Of a stretch of 33,914 nucleotides of DNA, positions 32,767 through 33,914 are shown in pieces (position 1 is the first letter of the stretch; the number at the start of each line of letters is the position of its first letter). This stretch comes from Tubiluchus corallicola (taxonomy: Eukaryota; Animalia; Priapulida). The position numbers and the translations under genes were made by a program. The stretch is from positions 1 through 33,914 of the forward strand of contig JAQGDQ010001582.1 of NCBI GenBank assembly GCA_030141605.1. The letters run 5' to 3'. The notes under the pieces are model-generated. The model was not told the DNA's origin. It saw only the letters and a list, made by a program, of their open reading frames with translations, and ran no database searches.

Positions 32767-33914
32767 ATTGTTCGTATAATTGTATTTTTAGTTATTATGT
32801 AGGCTGTCTCTCAATCAAGTACTCATTAGTAAACAACTCATGCTAGAATCAACTATATGTATTGCTGTAACAACTGTAATAATTGTAATAATAATAAATT
32901 TGTAATAATTGTATTATCGTATTGTACGTATAATTGTATTTTAAGTTGTTATGTAGGCTGTCTCTTAATCAAGTATTCATTAATAAACAACTCATGCTAG
33001 AAACAACTATATGTACTGCTGTAATAACTGTAATAATAATAAATTTGTAATAATTCTGTTATTGTATTGTTCGTATAATTGTATTCTAAGTTATTATGTA
33101 GGCTGTCTCTCAATCAAGTATTCATTAATAAACAACACATGCTAGAATCAACTATATGTACTGCTGTAATAACTGTCTACACTAATTGTACTGCAATATT
33201 GCAATATAATAAATTTGTAATAATTCTATTATTGTATTGTACGTGTAATTGTATTTTAAGTTATTATGTAGGCTGTCTTTCAATCAAGTACTCATTAATA
33301 AACAACTTATGCTAGAATCAACTATATGTATTGCTGTAATAACTGTAATACTACACTAATTGTATTATAACTGCAATAATTGCAATAATAATAAATTTGT
33401 AATAATTCTATTATTGTATTGTACGTGTAATTGTATTTTAAGTTATTATGTAGGCTGTCTTTCAATCAAGTACTCATTAATAAACAACTTATGCTAGAAT
33501 CAACTATATGTATTGCTGTAATAACTGTAATACTACACTAATTGTATTATAACTGCAATAATTGCAATAATAATAAATTTGTAATAATTCTATTATTGTA
33601 TTGTACGTGTAATTGTATTTTAAGTTATTATGTAGGCTGTCTTTCAATCAAGTACTCATTAATAAACAACTTATGCTAGAATCAACTATATGTATTGCTG
33701 TAATAACTGTAATACTACACTAATTGTATTATAACTGCAATAATTGCAATAATAATAAATTTGTAATAATTCTATTATTGTATTGTACGTGTAATTGTAT
33801 TTTAAGTTATTATGTAGGCTGTCTTTCAATCAAGTACTCATTAATAAACAACTTATGCTAGAATCAACTATATGTATTGCTGTAATAACTGTAATACTAC
33901 ACTAATTGTATTAT
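32767..33914 (-). repeat. Same satellite in inverted orientation; shorter inner units (~145-170 bp), then apparently identical 182-bp units, open at the window's right edge
   Basis: TTATTATGTAGGCTGTCT recurs at 33091, 33261, 33443, 33625 and 33807. Confidence 0.96.

Larger units (their letters stand above)
30713..33914. mobile_element. Large inverted-repeat (foldback-like) structure: left arm 30713-31462, spacer 31463-32654, right arm 32655 to beyond the window
   Basis: Inner unique segments 31351-31462 and 32655-32766 are reverse complements with about 2 mismatches; the outer parts are the same ~181-182-bp satellite in opposite orientations. Confidence 0.8.

Overview
This is repeat-dense, non-coding animal DNA. 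The 5S-derived sequence resembles lophotrochozoan (annelid/mollusc-type) 5S rRNA as I recall it. I can support no intact host protein-coding gene: the long ORFs in the track are translations of tandem repeats. The window is a mosaic of four things. (i) Minisatellite/satellite arrays of 96, 42/40, 80, 38, 21, 26, 59, 56-57 and ~182 bp, plus many microsatellites. (ii) Non-autonomous TIR elements with TA, TAA or TTAA flanks. (iii) Decayed non-LTR retrotransposon 3' ends. (iv) Two copies of a composite SINE with a 5S rRNA head, an RTE-like 5'-UTR body and an RTE-like 3' tail. The most notable structures are the 5S/RTE SINE family (one copy has tails pointing outward at both ends), two foldback-like elements whose inverted arms are built from expanding tandem repeats (4268-7676 and 30713-end), a ~50-copy array of CTCF-like motifs, and an 861-bp tandem duplication ending in a stepwise-mutating pentanucleotide ladder. 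Family assignments come from recalled motifs, not database searches. Copy numbers are estimated from coordinates.
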